Part shown: piece after piece, positions 19,030 through 27,998 of the stretch
Layout of the letters: each line of letters begins with the position of its first letter
Position numbering within the stretch: position 1 is the first letter of the stretch
Assembly (NCBI GenBank): GCA_903860135.1
Contig: CAIOPG010000007.1
Span: 2,100 to 66,099 of the forward strand
Reading direction: 5' to 3'
From: Candidatus Omnitrophota bacterium
GTDB lineage: Bacteria; Omnitrophota; Gorgyraeia; Zapsychrales; Fredricksoniimonadaceae
DNA: 64,000 nt
Notes under the pieces: model-generated
What the model was told of the DNA's origin: nothing
Database searches by the model: none
The model's input: only the letters and a program-made list of their open reading frames with translations
Made by a program: the position numbers and the translations under genes

Positions 19030-20231
19030 CGATAGTCTATATCACGGCGTTCATCCCTTTTGGCAGGACTGAATCTTTTGTTTTGGAAGAAATCTCCTCA
19101 ATAAAGGGATTGTTCTCCAATATTTTAATTATTCCCCGAAATCCTAGCAAAGAAGTTTTCCATCAAAAGGCCAAAGAGCTTGCCAAGAATGCTTTACGGC
19201 TGCCGTTGTTTAATTTTGAAATAGTGAGGGTGTTCTTTTTTTCGCTGTTGTCATTGGATGTATGGAAAGTTTTGATCAAGATCGTATTTAATTCGCGTAA
19301 TTTCAAAATATGTTTGAAGAATTTATCAATTTTCCCCAAGAGTATCTATTTGTCGCGTATTTTGAAGGAGAAGAATGTCGGCCACATTCATGCGCATTGG
19401 GCGGGTACCACGACTACGATGGCATATATCATTCATTGTTTAACAGGCATTCCGTATAGTTTTACTTCACATCGATGGGATATTTATGAGAACAATATGC
19501 TGAAGGAAAAAGTAAACACAGCCGTTTTCGCGCGGTGCATTTCCATAAAAGGCAAAAATGATGTTATTTCAATAGTTGGGCAAGAGTTTGAAAAGAAGGT
19601 GCAGGTTCTGCATTTGGGTGTTGCGCTGCCCGAACTGATCTTTAATGGCAGCCATTCTAATAAAGATTTTATAGTGATGACGCCGGCTAATCTTTTGCCC
19701 GTTAAAGGGCATCAGTATATGATTGAGGCCTGTGATCTATTAAAAAAAAGAGGGATCAAAGTAAGGTATTGGATTGTCGGCGATGGCGAACTTGAGCCCG
19801 GTTTAAAGAAGCAGGTAATAAATTTGAAATTAGGGGAAGATGTTTTATTTTTGGGTCGTGTTCCACACGAAAAGGTTATGCGGATGTACCAAAATAAAGA
19901 AGTTGATCTGGTCGTTTTGCCAAGTATTAATACGAATGATGCGCAACATGAAGGGATCCCTGTCGCTTTAATGGAGGCGATGGCATATCAAATCCCGGTT
20001 ATTTCGACAGATACAGGTTCGATCCCAGAATTGTTGGTTGATGGCGGCGGGCTTTTGGTGAGTGAGAAAAGCGCGGATGACCTGGCGGATGCTGTGGAAC
20101 GATTATTGAAGGATAAGGATTTGTATAATAATTCGGGCGTTAGCGGGCGAAGAAAGATCGAGAAAGATTTTTCAGAAAATATGATTAGCCGACGTTTGGC
20201 TGAACTGTTTTCTTCAAAAGTGCAGAAGTAA
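19026..20231 (+). CDS. Glycosyltransferase family 4 (GT-B)
   Basis: KGHQYMIEA...GDGELEP...EGIPVALMEAMAYQIPVISTDTGSIPELL (E-x7-E motif region); ATGA overlap with the upstream gene. Confidence 0.85.
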   Translation: MTIVYITAFIPFGRTESFVLEEISSIKGLFSNILIIPRNPSKEVFHQKAKELAKNALRLPLFNFEIVRVFFFSLLSLDVWKVLIKIVFNSRNFKICLKNLSIFPKSIYLSRILKEKNVGHIHAHWAGTTTTMAYIIHCLTGIPYSFTSHRWDIYENNMLKEKVNTAVFARCISIKGKNDVISIVGQEFEKKVQVLHLGVALPELIFNGSHSNKDFIVMTPANLLPVKGHQYMIEACDLLKKRGIKVRYWIVGDGELEPGLKKQVINLKLGEDVLFLGRVPHEKVMRMYQNKEVDLVVLPSINTNDAQHEGIPVALMEAMAYQIPVISTDTGSIPELLVDGGGLLVSEKSADDLADAVERLLKDKDLYNNSGVSGRRKIEKDFSENMISRRLAELFSSKVQK

Positions 20232-20233
20232 AC

Positions 20234-21391
20234 ATGAAATTCTTTACATTTTATTTTAAATATATTTCGGCAGGGCTATTTTTGTTGAACAGTTTGTGTT
20301 TAGCATCTTTTTGTCATGCCGACAGTTGGCGCTTGGGCTTGTCCCATCAGTTGGTTTTAGACGGAAAAGAGTTTTTCCCTATCGGAATGTATGGCGTATA
20401 TTCAGCGGATGGTGTTGAGGCGTTAAAAGAGTTAAAAGCGGCTGGCTTTAACGCGGTTCAGACGTATGTCTATAGCAAAAAGTATTTACAAGATTATTTA
20501 AGGGAAGCTCAGCAGGTTGGTTTAAGGGCATTTATTTATCCAGGAACGAGACTTAGCCGGGATGAGGTCGACCCATTAGGTAAGGTTGCCTCGATGGTAA
20601 AGACTTTAAGTGAGAAGGACGCTGTTTTGGCTTGGCAACTTGCTGATGAGCCGGAATATAATAAAATATTGCCTGAGCAAGTAGAGGAATTGCGAAGACG
20701 TATTCATTTAGGAGATCGGTCAAGGCCAACAGCTTTGGTCATAGCAAAATCGAATAATTATAAAAATTATGCTCCAGTAACGGATATTATGATTGTTGAT
20801 CCTTATCCCGTGTCTAAAGAGCCATTGACTGGGATTTCAGATGCGGTTGAGAAGGCGAGGATTGCTGTTAAAAATAAAAAGCCCGTTTGGGTGGTAGTAC
20901 AGCTTTTTGGCTATCAGAATGAACAGCATAAAGGATATGGAAGAAAGCGAGAGCCTACTATTGAAGAAGTTCGCTGCATGACCTACCTTGCCATTGTGCA
21001 TGGGGCTAAGGGGATCTTTTATTTTGCTTATCATGGCAGTCAGTATGATGTGAGGTTATCGCCCAAGTATTGGGAAGGGGTTAAGGGGATCGCGGGTGAG
21101 TTGAGAGATCTCACACCTGTTTTATTGGCATCAGGAAATGGCAAGAAGATTAATGTACAGGATCAAGGGGGGGGGCAGAAAGCAATACATTCTTTGGTTA
21201 AAAAGCTTGATGGCAAGAAGTATCTTTTTGCGGTGAATACATTAAATGCACCTGTGCATGGTATTATCTTAGGCGTCGAAGGATCTGTTCAGCAAATTGG
21301 CGTAGAGTTTGAAAGTCGCAATGTTGATCGTGTCGATGGCGTTTTTGTGGATAATTTTGCCCCCTATGCCGTACATATTTACAAGATCTGA
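20234..21391 (+). CDS. Secreted TIM-barrel glycoside-hydrolase-like protein (GH5/GH42-like fold, candidate polymer-processing glycanase)
   Basis: Signal peptide; GFNAVQTY and LADEPEY motifs resemble the GH clan-A strand-3/strand-4 acid/base signature (NEP); family assignment uncertain. Confidence 0.4.
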   Translation: MKFFTFYFKYISAGLFLLNSLCLASFCHADSWRLGLSHQLVLDGKEFFPIGMYGVYSADGVEALKELKAAGFNAVQTYVYSKKYLQDYLREAQQVGLRAFIYPGTRLSRDEVDPLGKVASMVKTLSEKDAVLAWQLADEPEYNKILPEQVEELRRRIHLGDRSRPTALVIAKSNNYKNYAPVTDIMIVDPYPVSKEPLTGISDAVEKARIAVKNKKPVWVVVQLFGYQNEQHKGYGRKREPTIEEVRCMTYLAIVHGAKGIFYFAYHGSQYDVRLSPKYWEGVKGIAGELRDLTPVLLASGNGKKINVQDQGGGQKAIHSLVKKLDGKKYLFAVNTLNAPVHGIILGVEGSVQQIGVEFESRNVDRVDGVFVDNFAPYAVHIYKI

Positions 21392-21400
21392 GGATTTAAA

Positions 21401-21526
21401 ATGTCTGAATTTATTTCCGTCATTATTCCCTGCCGCAACGAAGAGAAATTCATCGCCGGATGTCTGGGGAAAAGAGGGGATACGTTGACGATCAGTATGC
21501 GATCAGCCGTATTCTGGCTCAAATGA
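21401..21526 (+). pseudogene. Truncated 5' fragment (41 codons) paralogous to the N-terminus of the GT2 gene at 22169
   Basis: 21408-21470 is about 90% identical at nucleotide level to 22181-22243 (MSEFISVIIPCRNEEKFIAGCL vs FFISVIIPCRNEERFIAKCL); similarity stops abruptly after tgtctgg and the frame terminates after 41 aa. Confidence 0.6.
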
Positions 21527-21597
21527 AGAAGTAGCTTGAAAATAATTATACTACAAATATTTATTATGGTATTGTTGTAGTGTAAATGGAGGCGGAT

Positions 21598-21903
21598 ATG
21601 GATGTTCTAAATGGCGTTCTTATAGAAAGCAAAAAGCACTATGGTGATCTGGCTAAACGGATCGTAAGAGATTTGAAGTCTTTACCATTAGGAAGTGTAA
21701 AAAAGCGCAAGATCTCCGGCGCGATCTATTATTACTTACAGAAGCGCATTGGGAAGAAGGTGGTACATAAATATTTGGGTAAAGAAAACCCGGCAGATTT
21801 GCTTAAACAAATTGCTGAACGGCGGGCACTTAAAGCTGAATTGAAGAAGGTTGAGGAAGGGCTGAAAGTGGTGCGCCGTGCTCAAGGGAGGAAGCGTGCT
21901 TGA
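21598..21903 (+). CDS. Small basic Lys-rich hypothetical protein (possible antitoxin-like partner of a degraded nucleotidyltransferase gene)
   Basis: About 100 aa, pI clearly basic; preceded by a 9/10 inverted repeat (21547-21556 / 21575-21584) and GGAGG; followed immediately by a short truncated ORF; embedded between the GT2 fragment and the intact GT2. Confidence 0.35.
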   Translation: MDVLNGVLIESKKHYGDLAKRIVRDLKSLPLGSVKKRKISGAIYYYLQKRIGKKVVHKYLGKENPADLLKQIAERRALKAELKKVEEGLKVVRRAQGRKRA

Positions 21904-22057
21904 GTTCATTGGGGATATTCTGAAGGTTATTTCAAAGAACGGGCTCTTCGATGAAGGCGTTGAGTTGATCGGGAGTTGGTCTTTTCTTGTTTATCAGAAA
22001 TATCTTGGAGCTAGGTCGTTGCCTTTTGTAACACAGGGTGGCAGTCAGATATTTTAA
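21896..22057 (+). pseudogene. Short truncated ORF (54 codons) overlapping the stop of the preceding small gene; possible remnant of a toxin/nucleotidyltransferase-type partner
   Basis: Starts at GTG and overlaps the upstream stop by 8 nt, ending at TAA 22055-22057; too short for a domain; inference only. Confidence 0.2.
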
Positions 22058-22168
22058 AGGTTTTAATACATGCGGGTAAGGTCCTTCCTCTTTATAGAAA
22101 AGAGATAGAACGGATAGATCTTGCCCTGCAAATTTCAAGATAACTTCTAAGGTATTGATAGGTTTCTT

Positions 22169-23206
22169 ATGAATGACTTTTTTATTTCCGTCATTATCCC
22201 CTGCCGCAATGAAGAAAGATTCATCGCCAAGTGTCTGGATTGTATTTTAGGGCAGAATTATCCGCAGGGGAAGATGGAGATTCTCATTGCTGATGGCGGA
22301 AGCACGGATGATACGAGAAAGATACTGGAGGTCTATGCTCAGAAGTTTCCTCAGGTGCGCTGGTTTGATAATCCGGGCAAGATAGTCCCAACTGGGTTGA
22401 ATATTCTTATTCGTCAGACTAAGGGGAAAATCATTGTTCGCATGGATGCCCACAATGAGTATCCTGAAGATTATATTTCAAAATGTGTTAAGGCACTTAT
22501 TGAACATAAAGCTGATAACGTGGGCGGATTGTGGATCACGCGGCCTAGTGCGAATACATTGACAGCAAAGGCTATTGCGCTGGCTGTTTCTACGGGTTTT
22601 GGTGTTGGCAATGTTTCATACAAGTTGGGAGTTAAGGTGGCAACGGCTGTTGATACGGTCCCATTCGGATGTTTCCGTCGTGATATCTTTGACAAGGTCG
22701 GATTGTTCGATGAAGATATGGTGCGGGCGCAAGATAGCGAATTAAACCACAGGATCATCAAGAGTGGCGGGAAAATAATGTTGATCCCTGATATCTTTTC
22801 TTATTATCACGCAAGAGATAGTTTTTCGAAGCTTTTGAGAATGTATTCTCAGTATGGTTATTTTAAGGTCTTTACAGCGGTGAAGTTGGGAAGTGTTTTT
22901 ACGGTAAGGCAATTGATCCCGGCAATATTTGTTAGTTCGGTCCTGTTGTTAGCGGTGCTTGGTATCGTTCAGCCTGTTTTTTGGTGGTTGTTTGTGGCAG
23001 ATCTTGGGGTCTATGCTGCGGCTAATATCTTGTTCTCAGCAAAATTAGCCATGAAAGAAGATGTAAGGCTTTTTCCGTTCTTGGTTTGGGCTTTTTGTTT
23101 GATCCACGCTTGCTTTGGGTTTAATTATTTACGAGGGGTTGTGGATTTCTGGTTTTTAAAGAAACACTTACATATGAAGATATCCGATCTTCCTTTGACG
23201 CGTTGA
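22169..23206 (+). CDS. Glycosyltransferase family 2 with C-terminal transmembrane extension
   Basis: ISVIIPCRNEERFIAKCLDCILGQ...ADGGSTDDT...RMDAHNEY GT2 motifs; three or four C-terminal hydrophobic helices. Confidence 0.85.
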   Translation: MNDFFISVIIPCRNEERFIAKCLDCILGQNYPQGKMEILIADGGSTDDTRKILEVYAQKFPQVRWFDNPGKIVPTGLNILIRQTKGKIIVRMDAHNEYPEDYISKCVKALIEHKADNVGGLWITRPSANTLTAKAIALAVSTGFGVGNVSYKLGVKVATAVDTVPFGCFRRDIFDKVGLFDEDMVRAQDSELNHRIIKSGGKIMLIPDIFSYYHARDSFSKLLRMYSQYGYFKVFTAVKLGSVFTVRQLIPAIFVSSVLLLAVLGIVQPVFWWLFVADLGVYAAANILFSAKLAMKEDVRLFPFLVWAFCLIHACFGFNYLRGVVDFWFLKKHLHMKISDLPLTR

Positions 23207-23231
23207 TGGCAGGGGCTAAAAGGGGCTTTGT

Positions 23232-24605
23232 ATGATAAAAGAACATAATCGTTTCAGGACAGGAGTTCTTTGCGGTGGAGATATTCTTGTCCTCTTATCG
23301 GCGGCGATATTGGCCTTTTTGACGCGCTTTGGGTTAGAGTGGCATGAGCGGCAGTATTATGCGGTGCCGCTGTTGATCCTTGTGGGGGTGTATTTTTTTT
23401 GTTTTTATGTTTTTAATCTTTACGAACAGCATTTGCGTTATAAAAGCGTTTATTTTCTTTCACGTTTTGTGGTTGCTGTCATTGCAGGATTTGCGATCAT
23501 GGCATTTGTGTCGTATATGGTGCCATTCTTGGAAGTAGGCCGTGGGTTGGCATTGTTAAGTTCGATCTATTTGTTGGTGCTCTTGCCTGTTTGGCGTTTC
23601 ATTTTTGAAGAGGTTTTCTTGTTCAATCTGTTGCGCAAGCGCGTGCTTATTGTCGGAGCAGGGTACGCGGGTCGTTATATTGCGGATGTTGTTAAGAAAG
23701 ATCGTAATTTTGAGCCTGTCGGTTTTATTGATGATGCGGCAGATAAGCATAATATGGTCATAGGGGGGGTCAAAGTGATCGGGGGCTCCGAACTTTTGCC
23801 TGCCATGGCAAGAGATAAAGCTGTGGATATTGTGGTGGTCGCAATCACGAATGAACGCAGCAATGAACTTTTCAACCGTCTTTTTTCTGTCAAAATGGCG
23901 GGCATTACGATCATGGATCTTCCTGCTTTGTATGAGGCGGTTACGGGAAAGATCCCTGTTTCGCATTTGCGCATAGGGTGGCTTGTGTTTTCTTCATTCA
24001 ATGCCATAAGCCGGCATCGTTTCGCCGAGTTGAAAAGATATTTTGATCTGTCTTTGGCGTTGGTTTTGCTTATTGTGACCACCCCGCTTATGTTGCTTCT
24101 GATGATCCTTATCAAGTTGGATTCCAGGGGGCCGGTTTTTTATAGACAAAAGAGGGTCGGGAAGAACGGCAAAGAATTTGTGATGTATAAATTCAGGTCC
24201 ATGGTCGTTGACGCAGAAAAGAAAGAGGGCGGCTTGTATACTTTGACCCGAGATGCGCGTGTGACGCGCCTGGGGGGAATATTGCGCAAAATCCGTTTTG
24301 ATGAACTGCCGCAACTTTGGAATATTTTTATCGGGGACATGAGCCTTGTCGGACCCAGGCCTGAGGCGGTGGAACTTTCAGAGAAATATCAGAAGATCAT
24401 TCCGCATTATATCATGCGCCATGTGGTACGTCCGGGTCTCAGTGGATGGGCGCAGGTGCGATATTCTTACAGCGCTTCAACTGAGGACGCACTGGAAAAG
24501 TTTAAATATGATATGTATTACCTGAAAAACATGTCTTTCACTCTCGATGTTCAGGTTATATTGAAGACCATTAGTGTTATTGTTTTTCGAGATGGTTCCC
24601 GTTGA
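23232..24605 (+). CDS. Polyprenyl-phosphate sugar-1-phosphate transferase (WbaP/CpsE-type priming enzyme for the undecaprenyl-phosphate lipid carrier, large PGT with Rossmann-like middle domain)
   Basis: N-terminal 4-5 TM helices; central VLIVGAGYAGR nucleotide-binding-like domain; C-terminal Bac_transf signature DLSLALVLLI...LIKLDSRGPVFYRQKRVGKNGKEFVMYKFRSM...DELPQLWNIFIGDMSLVGPRPE. Confidence 0.9.
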   Translation: MIKEHNRFRTGVLCGGDILVLLSAAILAFLTRFGLEWHERQYYAVPLLILVGVYFFCFYVFNLYEQHLRYKSVYFLSRFVVAVIAGFAIMAFVSYMVPFLEVGRGLALLSSIYLLVLLPVWRFIFEEVFLFNLLRKRVLIVGAGYAGRYIADVVKKDRNFEPVGFIDDAADKHNMVIGGVKVIGGSELLPAMARDKAVDIVVVAITNERSNELFNRLFSVKMAGITIMDLPALYEAVTGKIPVSHLRIGWLVFSSFNAISRHRFAELKRYFDLSLALVLLIVTTPLMLLLMILIKLDSRGPVFYRQKRVGKNGKEFVMYKFRSMVVDAEKKEGGLYTLTRDARVTRLGGILRKIRFDELPQLWNIFIGDMSLVGPRPEAVELSEKYQKIIPHYIMRHVVRPGLSGWAQVRYSYSASTEDALEKFKYDMYYLKNMSFTLDVQVILKTISVIVFRDGSR

Positions 24606-24655
24606 TCGATAAAGTTTCAAATGTATAATGGCATGAATAATTAAGGAGCTTTATT

Positions 24656-25501
24656 ATGCGCGGATTGTTGATCTTCTGTTCCCTGTTCCTGGCCGGGTGC
24701 GGCCAGCCGCCGTCGCTGCCAAAGGATGTTGTGGCCCGGGTGAATAATTACATGATCACCGCCGGGGAGTTCAAGCACGACCTTGACGGCTCGCTGGCCG
24801 TGTTCAAGAACTATCCGGATATTTCCCCGGCTCTTGTCAAAGAAAAGATCCTTGATGAGATGATCGTTAACGAGCTCCTTCTTGAAGAAGCCCAGAAACT
24901 CAACTTCGACAAGCAGGAGGCGTTCATGCGCGAGGTTGAGGGGTATTGGCGACAGGCCTTGCTTAAAGCGATCCTGCAGGAAAAGAACAGGGAATTCCTG
25001 GCCGGTGTGGCGGTGCCCGATGCAACGCTGCGCGCGCTTTATGCGCGTGAAGGCGAACAGCTTGAATTGACCATCACCTATCTTGTTGATGAAGCGGCGG
25101 CCAAAGAAATGTCCGGGGCAGGAGATGGCGCCATAGCCGTTCAAGAAAAACTTGGGGCCAGGATTTTACGTCAGGAAACTGGCTGGTGGATGTCGGGTGA
25201 TTTTCCGGCATTGGTGGAAGCGTCCGTATGGGGACTTAAAACAGGCGAGGTCAGCCAGCCCCTTTTTATCCCGCAGGACGGGTGGGTGGTGATGAAGGTT
25301 GTTTCCAAAGAAGTTATCCGGCAAAAGCCGTTTGAGGCCGTGGCGCCTGATTTACGGAAAAGGGCATCGGTGCAATCTGCCCAGGTCATGATTGACGGTT
25401 GGGTTGCCGCATTGAGGGCGAAGGCACAGATCGTTAAGGCCCAACAGGTCATTGACCGTGTGGCATTCTCAACGCAGGAAGGAGTTCGTGATGACAAATA
25501 A
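24656..25501 (+). CDS. Lipoprotein, SurA/PrsA-like peptidyl-prolyl isomerase/chaperone (parvulin-type)
   Basis: Lipobox LFLAGC; SurA_N-like helical N-terminus; C-terminal WGLKTGEVSQPLFIPQDGWVVMKV resembles parvulin rotamase strands. Confidence 0.4.
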   Translation: MRGLLIFCSLFLAGCGQPPSLPKDVVARVNNYMITAGEFKHDLDGSLAVFKNYPDISPALVKEKILDEMIVNELLLEEAQKLNFDKQEAFMREVEGYWRQALLKAILQEKNREFLAGVAVPDATLRALYAREGEQLELTITYLVDEAAAKEMSGAGDGAIAVQEKLGARILRQETGWWMSGDFPALVEASVWGLKTGEVSQPLFIPQDGWVVMKVVSKEVIRQKPFEAVAPDLRKRASVQSAQVMIDGWVAALRAKAQIVKAQQVIDRVAFSTQEGVRDDK

Positions 25502-26048
25502 CGACTCATGGGCCAATCGCCGCAAGATCCTTATTGTCGATAAGGAATTTCAGAACAAGTTCATTATTAAATTCTTTGCCATGGTCACCGCCGGGTCGGT
25601 GGTAACAGGGACGATCATCTATTCTTTCTGCGGGCGCACCTTGACGACGGTATTCAGGGATTCGCGTTTGAAGATCATGAGTACGGCTGATTTTATTTTT
25701 CCCGGGCTTGTGCTGAGTGCTATCCTGGTCATTCTTGTTGTTGGAGCGGCGACAGTATTCATGGCGCTTTACGTTTCTCACCGCATCGCCGGGCCTGTTT
25801 ATCGTATGCATCAGGATATCTTAAGCCTGCACGCGGGCAATCTTAAACAGATCTTCCGTCTGCGCGACAAAGACGAGATGAAACCACTGGCGCAGGCACT
25901 CAATGATATGGCGCGCAAGGTACAGCAGGATATTTCTATCCTCAAGGCGGAGGTGGCGGCACTCGAAAAAAGCGGGCAGGAACTTTCAAGCCCGGCGCAA
26001 GAGCATGTGAAGAATATGAAAAGGGTCTTGGATCATTATCATGTATAA
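25491..26048 (+). CDS. Small membrane protein with two TM helices and a HAMP-like linker
   Basis: TM1 FFAMVTAGSVVTGTIIYSF, TM2 FPGLVLSAILVILVVGAATVFMALYV followed by the amphipathic HRIAGPVYRM...ALNDMARKV; ATG at 25491 overlaps the upstream gene end. Confidence 0.35.
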   Translation: MTNNDSWANRRKILIVDKEFQNKFIIKFFAMVTAGSVVTGTIIYSFCGRTLTTVFRDSRLKIMSTADFIFPGLVLSAILVILVVGAATVFMALYVSHRIAGPVYRMHQDILSLHAGNLKQIFRLRDKDEMKPLAQALNDMARKVQQDISILKAEVAALEKSGQELSSPAQEHVKNMKRVLDHYHV

Positions 26049-26649
26049 GATGTTTTTCACGGGTATATTCCTGACAGGGGTGCTGGGGGCGTTGGCGTGT
26101 GCCCAGGAGGCAACGGCACTGCCGCCTGTTCCCGTTATTGCCGCTGTTCCGACGGGCGTCGAGGGGTTCTTGGAGGTCAAAGGCAATACGGTTTATCTTT
26201 ATTATTTGCCGACGACGAATTTGCGCAAGATCGAGGCCCGCCTGCGCAGCCGTTATTTGCCCTTGGCGCCGCAATACCGCGAGCTTTTCACCAGTCCGTC
26301 GTATCCCGTGGAAAGCCGTATCAGTGCCCGCCTTCAATTTTTGCTCATGCGGGTAGAAGATATCCTGGGGATGAAGCCCCTGATCGCCAAAGTCAGCATT
26401 GAGGTATTGGGATCTCGGCGTGATTTGCAGGCAAAATGCTTCGAACTTGTGCACGCGAATGAGGCTTACAAGGCGTTCTATGCGCATGGTTTGCGTACGA
26501 TCTTTTCTTCCGAACAGGACATCATCGATTCCATTATCGCCCATGAATTAGGGCACGCCGTCATTGATCATTACTTCATGGTTCCCCCGCCTTCCAAAGT
26601 AGCTGAACTTCTGGCGGGTTATGTGGATGAACACCTGGAGCGTGAGTAA
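26041..26649 (+). CDS. Secreted hypothetical protein with an HExxH zinc-metallopeptidase-like motif
   Basis: Signal peptide MYKMFFTGIFLTGVLGALACAQ; IIAHELGHAVIDH near the C-terminus. Confidence 0.35.
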   Translation: MYKMFFTGIFLTGVLGALACAQEATALPPVPVIAAVPTGVEGFLEVKGNTVYLYYLPTTNLRKIEARLRSRYLPLAPQYRELFTSPSYPVESRISARLQFLLMRVEDILGMKPLIAKVSIEVLGSRRDLQAKCFELVHANEAYKAFYAHGLRTIFSSEQDIIDSIIAHELGHAVIDHYFMVPPPSKVAELLAGYVDEHLERE

Positions 26650-26714
26650 GGGCGGTTCAGGGCAACGTGTGCGGCGATGGATCGTTTTTCCGGAGCCTGA
26701 AGCGAAGCCGGTTA

Positions 26715-26752
26715 TTGACAGGTGATTCGTCATATATTATATTATATGACGA
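26715..26752 (+). promoter_or_regulatory. Candidate promoter (TTGACA at 26715-26720, 17-nt spacer, tatatt at 26738-26743) overlapping a 10-bp inverted repeat, tcgtcatata at 26727-26736 and tatatgacga at 26743-26752, immediately upstream of the AAA ATPase gene
   Basis: Hexamers and palindrome read directly; RBS gaaagagg 26751-26758 precedes ATG 26765. Confidence 0.3.
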
Positions 26753-26764
26753 AAGAGGTGACAT

Positions 26765-27919
26765 ATGACATTGTCTGACATGGCCTACATAGATCGTTGT
26801 GTGAACCTGGAAGCGTTGTTAAAACAGAAGTCTTATTTTCTTCTGGGTCCGCGGCAAACAGGAAAAAGTTCATTAATACACCATAGCTTTCCTAGAGCCA
26901 AAGTTTATAACTTGCTGGATAATGCCTTGTTCCTTGAATTAAACAGCCGTCCTGGCCGGTTAAAGGAAGAGGTGTCCGCCAAAGACAAGCTTGTTATCAT
27001 CGACGAGATACAGCGTGTGCCGCAACTCTTGAATGAAGTGCACCTGCTCATTGAGGAGCGAGGGGTGCATTTTTTGTTAACAGGATCGAGCGCGCGTAAA
27101 TTGCGTTCGGGTGGCGTGAATCTTTTAGGTGGGCGTGCCCGGCAAGCTTACCTGCATCCTTTTGTAACGGTTGAGCTGGGGAAGAAATTTGATTTGGGCC
27201 GTGCCCTTAACGCCGGATTGATCCCGTCGATATATTTTTCCAATAACCCTGTCGCGGATCTGGCGTCTTACGTTGGTTCTTATCTCAAGACAGAGATTGC
27301 GTCCGAGGCGTTGACCCGTGATGTGCCGGCATTTTCACGCTTCCTGGGTGTTGCCGGACTGTGCAATGCGACCATTGTGAATTTCACGAATGTCGCCAAT
27401 GACGCGCAAGTCAAGCGGACGACAGTTTACGAATACTTTGAAATATTGAAAGACACCCTGCTCGTGCGCGAATTGCCCGCGTTCCGTAAGAGTATAAAAA
27501 GGAAGCCTGTCTGTTCATCCAAATATTATTTCTTTGATACGGGAGTGGCGCGGCAATTGCAAGGCCGCACGGCGATTACACCCGGGACGCCGGAATACGG
27601 GGATGCTTTTGAGACATTTATTGTGAATGAGGTTTTTGCTTTCAGCGACTATGTGCGTCCTGTTGCCATGAGTTTCTGGCGTACGAGCGCTCATTGTGAG
27701 GTCGACCTTGTTCTGGATGATCATATCGCTATTGAGATCAAGGCCCAACAGCAGGTGCGCGTTGAGGATCTTAAAGGCTTAAAAGCGATCGCCGAAGAAG
27801 CTTCTTTTAAGCGTATGATTTGTGTTTGTCTGGAGAAGCGCCCGCGCAAGGTCGGCGGGATCGAGATATTGCCGTATCAGGAATTTCTGGGAATGTTATG
27901 GGGAGGACGGGTGTTGTGA
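26765..27919 (+). CDS. AAA+ ATPase of the AAA_14/DUF4143 family (ATPase domain plus C-terminal PD-(D/E)xK-like nuclease-fold domain)
   Basis: Walker A LLGPRQTGKSSL; Walker B LVIIDEIQ; C-terminal CEVDLVLDD...IEIK resembles a restriction-endonuclease-like core. Confidence 0.85.
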   Translation: MTLSDMAYIDRCVNLEALLKQKSYFLLGPRQTGKSSLIHHSFPRAKVYNLLDNALFLELNSRPGRLKEEVSAKDKLVIIDEIQRVPQLLNEVHLLIEERGVHFLLTGSSARKLRSGGVNLLGGRARQAYLHPFVTVELGKKFDLGRALNAGLIPSIYFSNNPVADLASYVGSYLKTEIASEALTRDVPAFSRFLGVAGLCNATIVNFTNVANDAQVKRTTVYEYFEILKDTLLVRELPAFRKSIKRKPVCSSKYYFFDTGVARQLQGRTAITPGTPEYGDAFETFIVNEVFAFSDYVRPVAMSFWRTSAHCEVDLVLDDHIAIEIKAQQQVRVEDLKGLKAIAEEASFKRMICVCLEKRPRKVGGIEILPYQEFLGMLWGGRVL

Positions 27920-27998
27920 AGATGTGCCGTTGGTTCTGACAAGGGCGGGTATGGGGAGGCGGTGTCATCATCGGTTTGTCAATAATAAGGAGGGTGCC

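Noticed and set aside
25942-26544. 200-aa minus-strand ORF plus overlapping short + strand ORFs at 26097-26402
   Set aside because: They overlap the secreted HExxH protein gene and the end of the HAMP-like gene. Sequences are Arg/Gly/Pro-rich without motifs.
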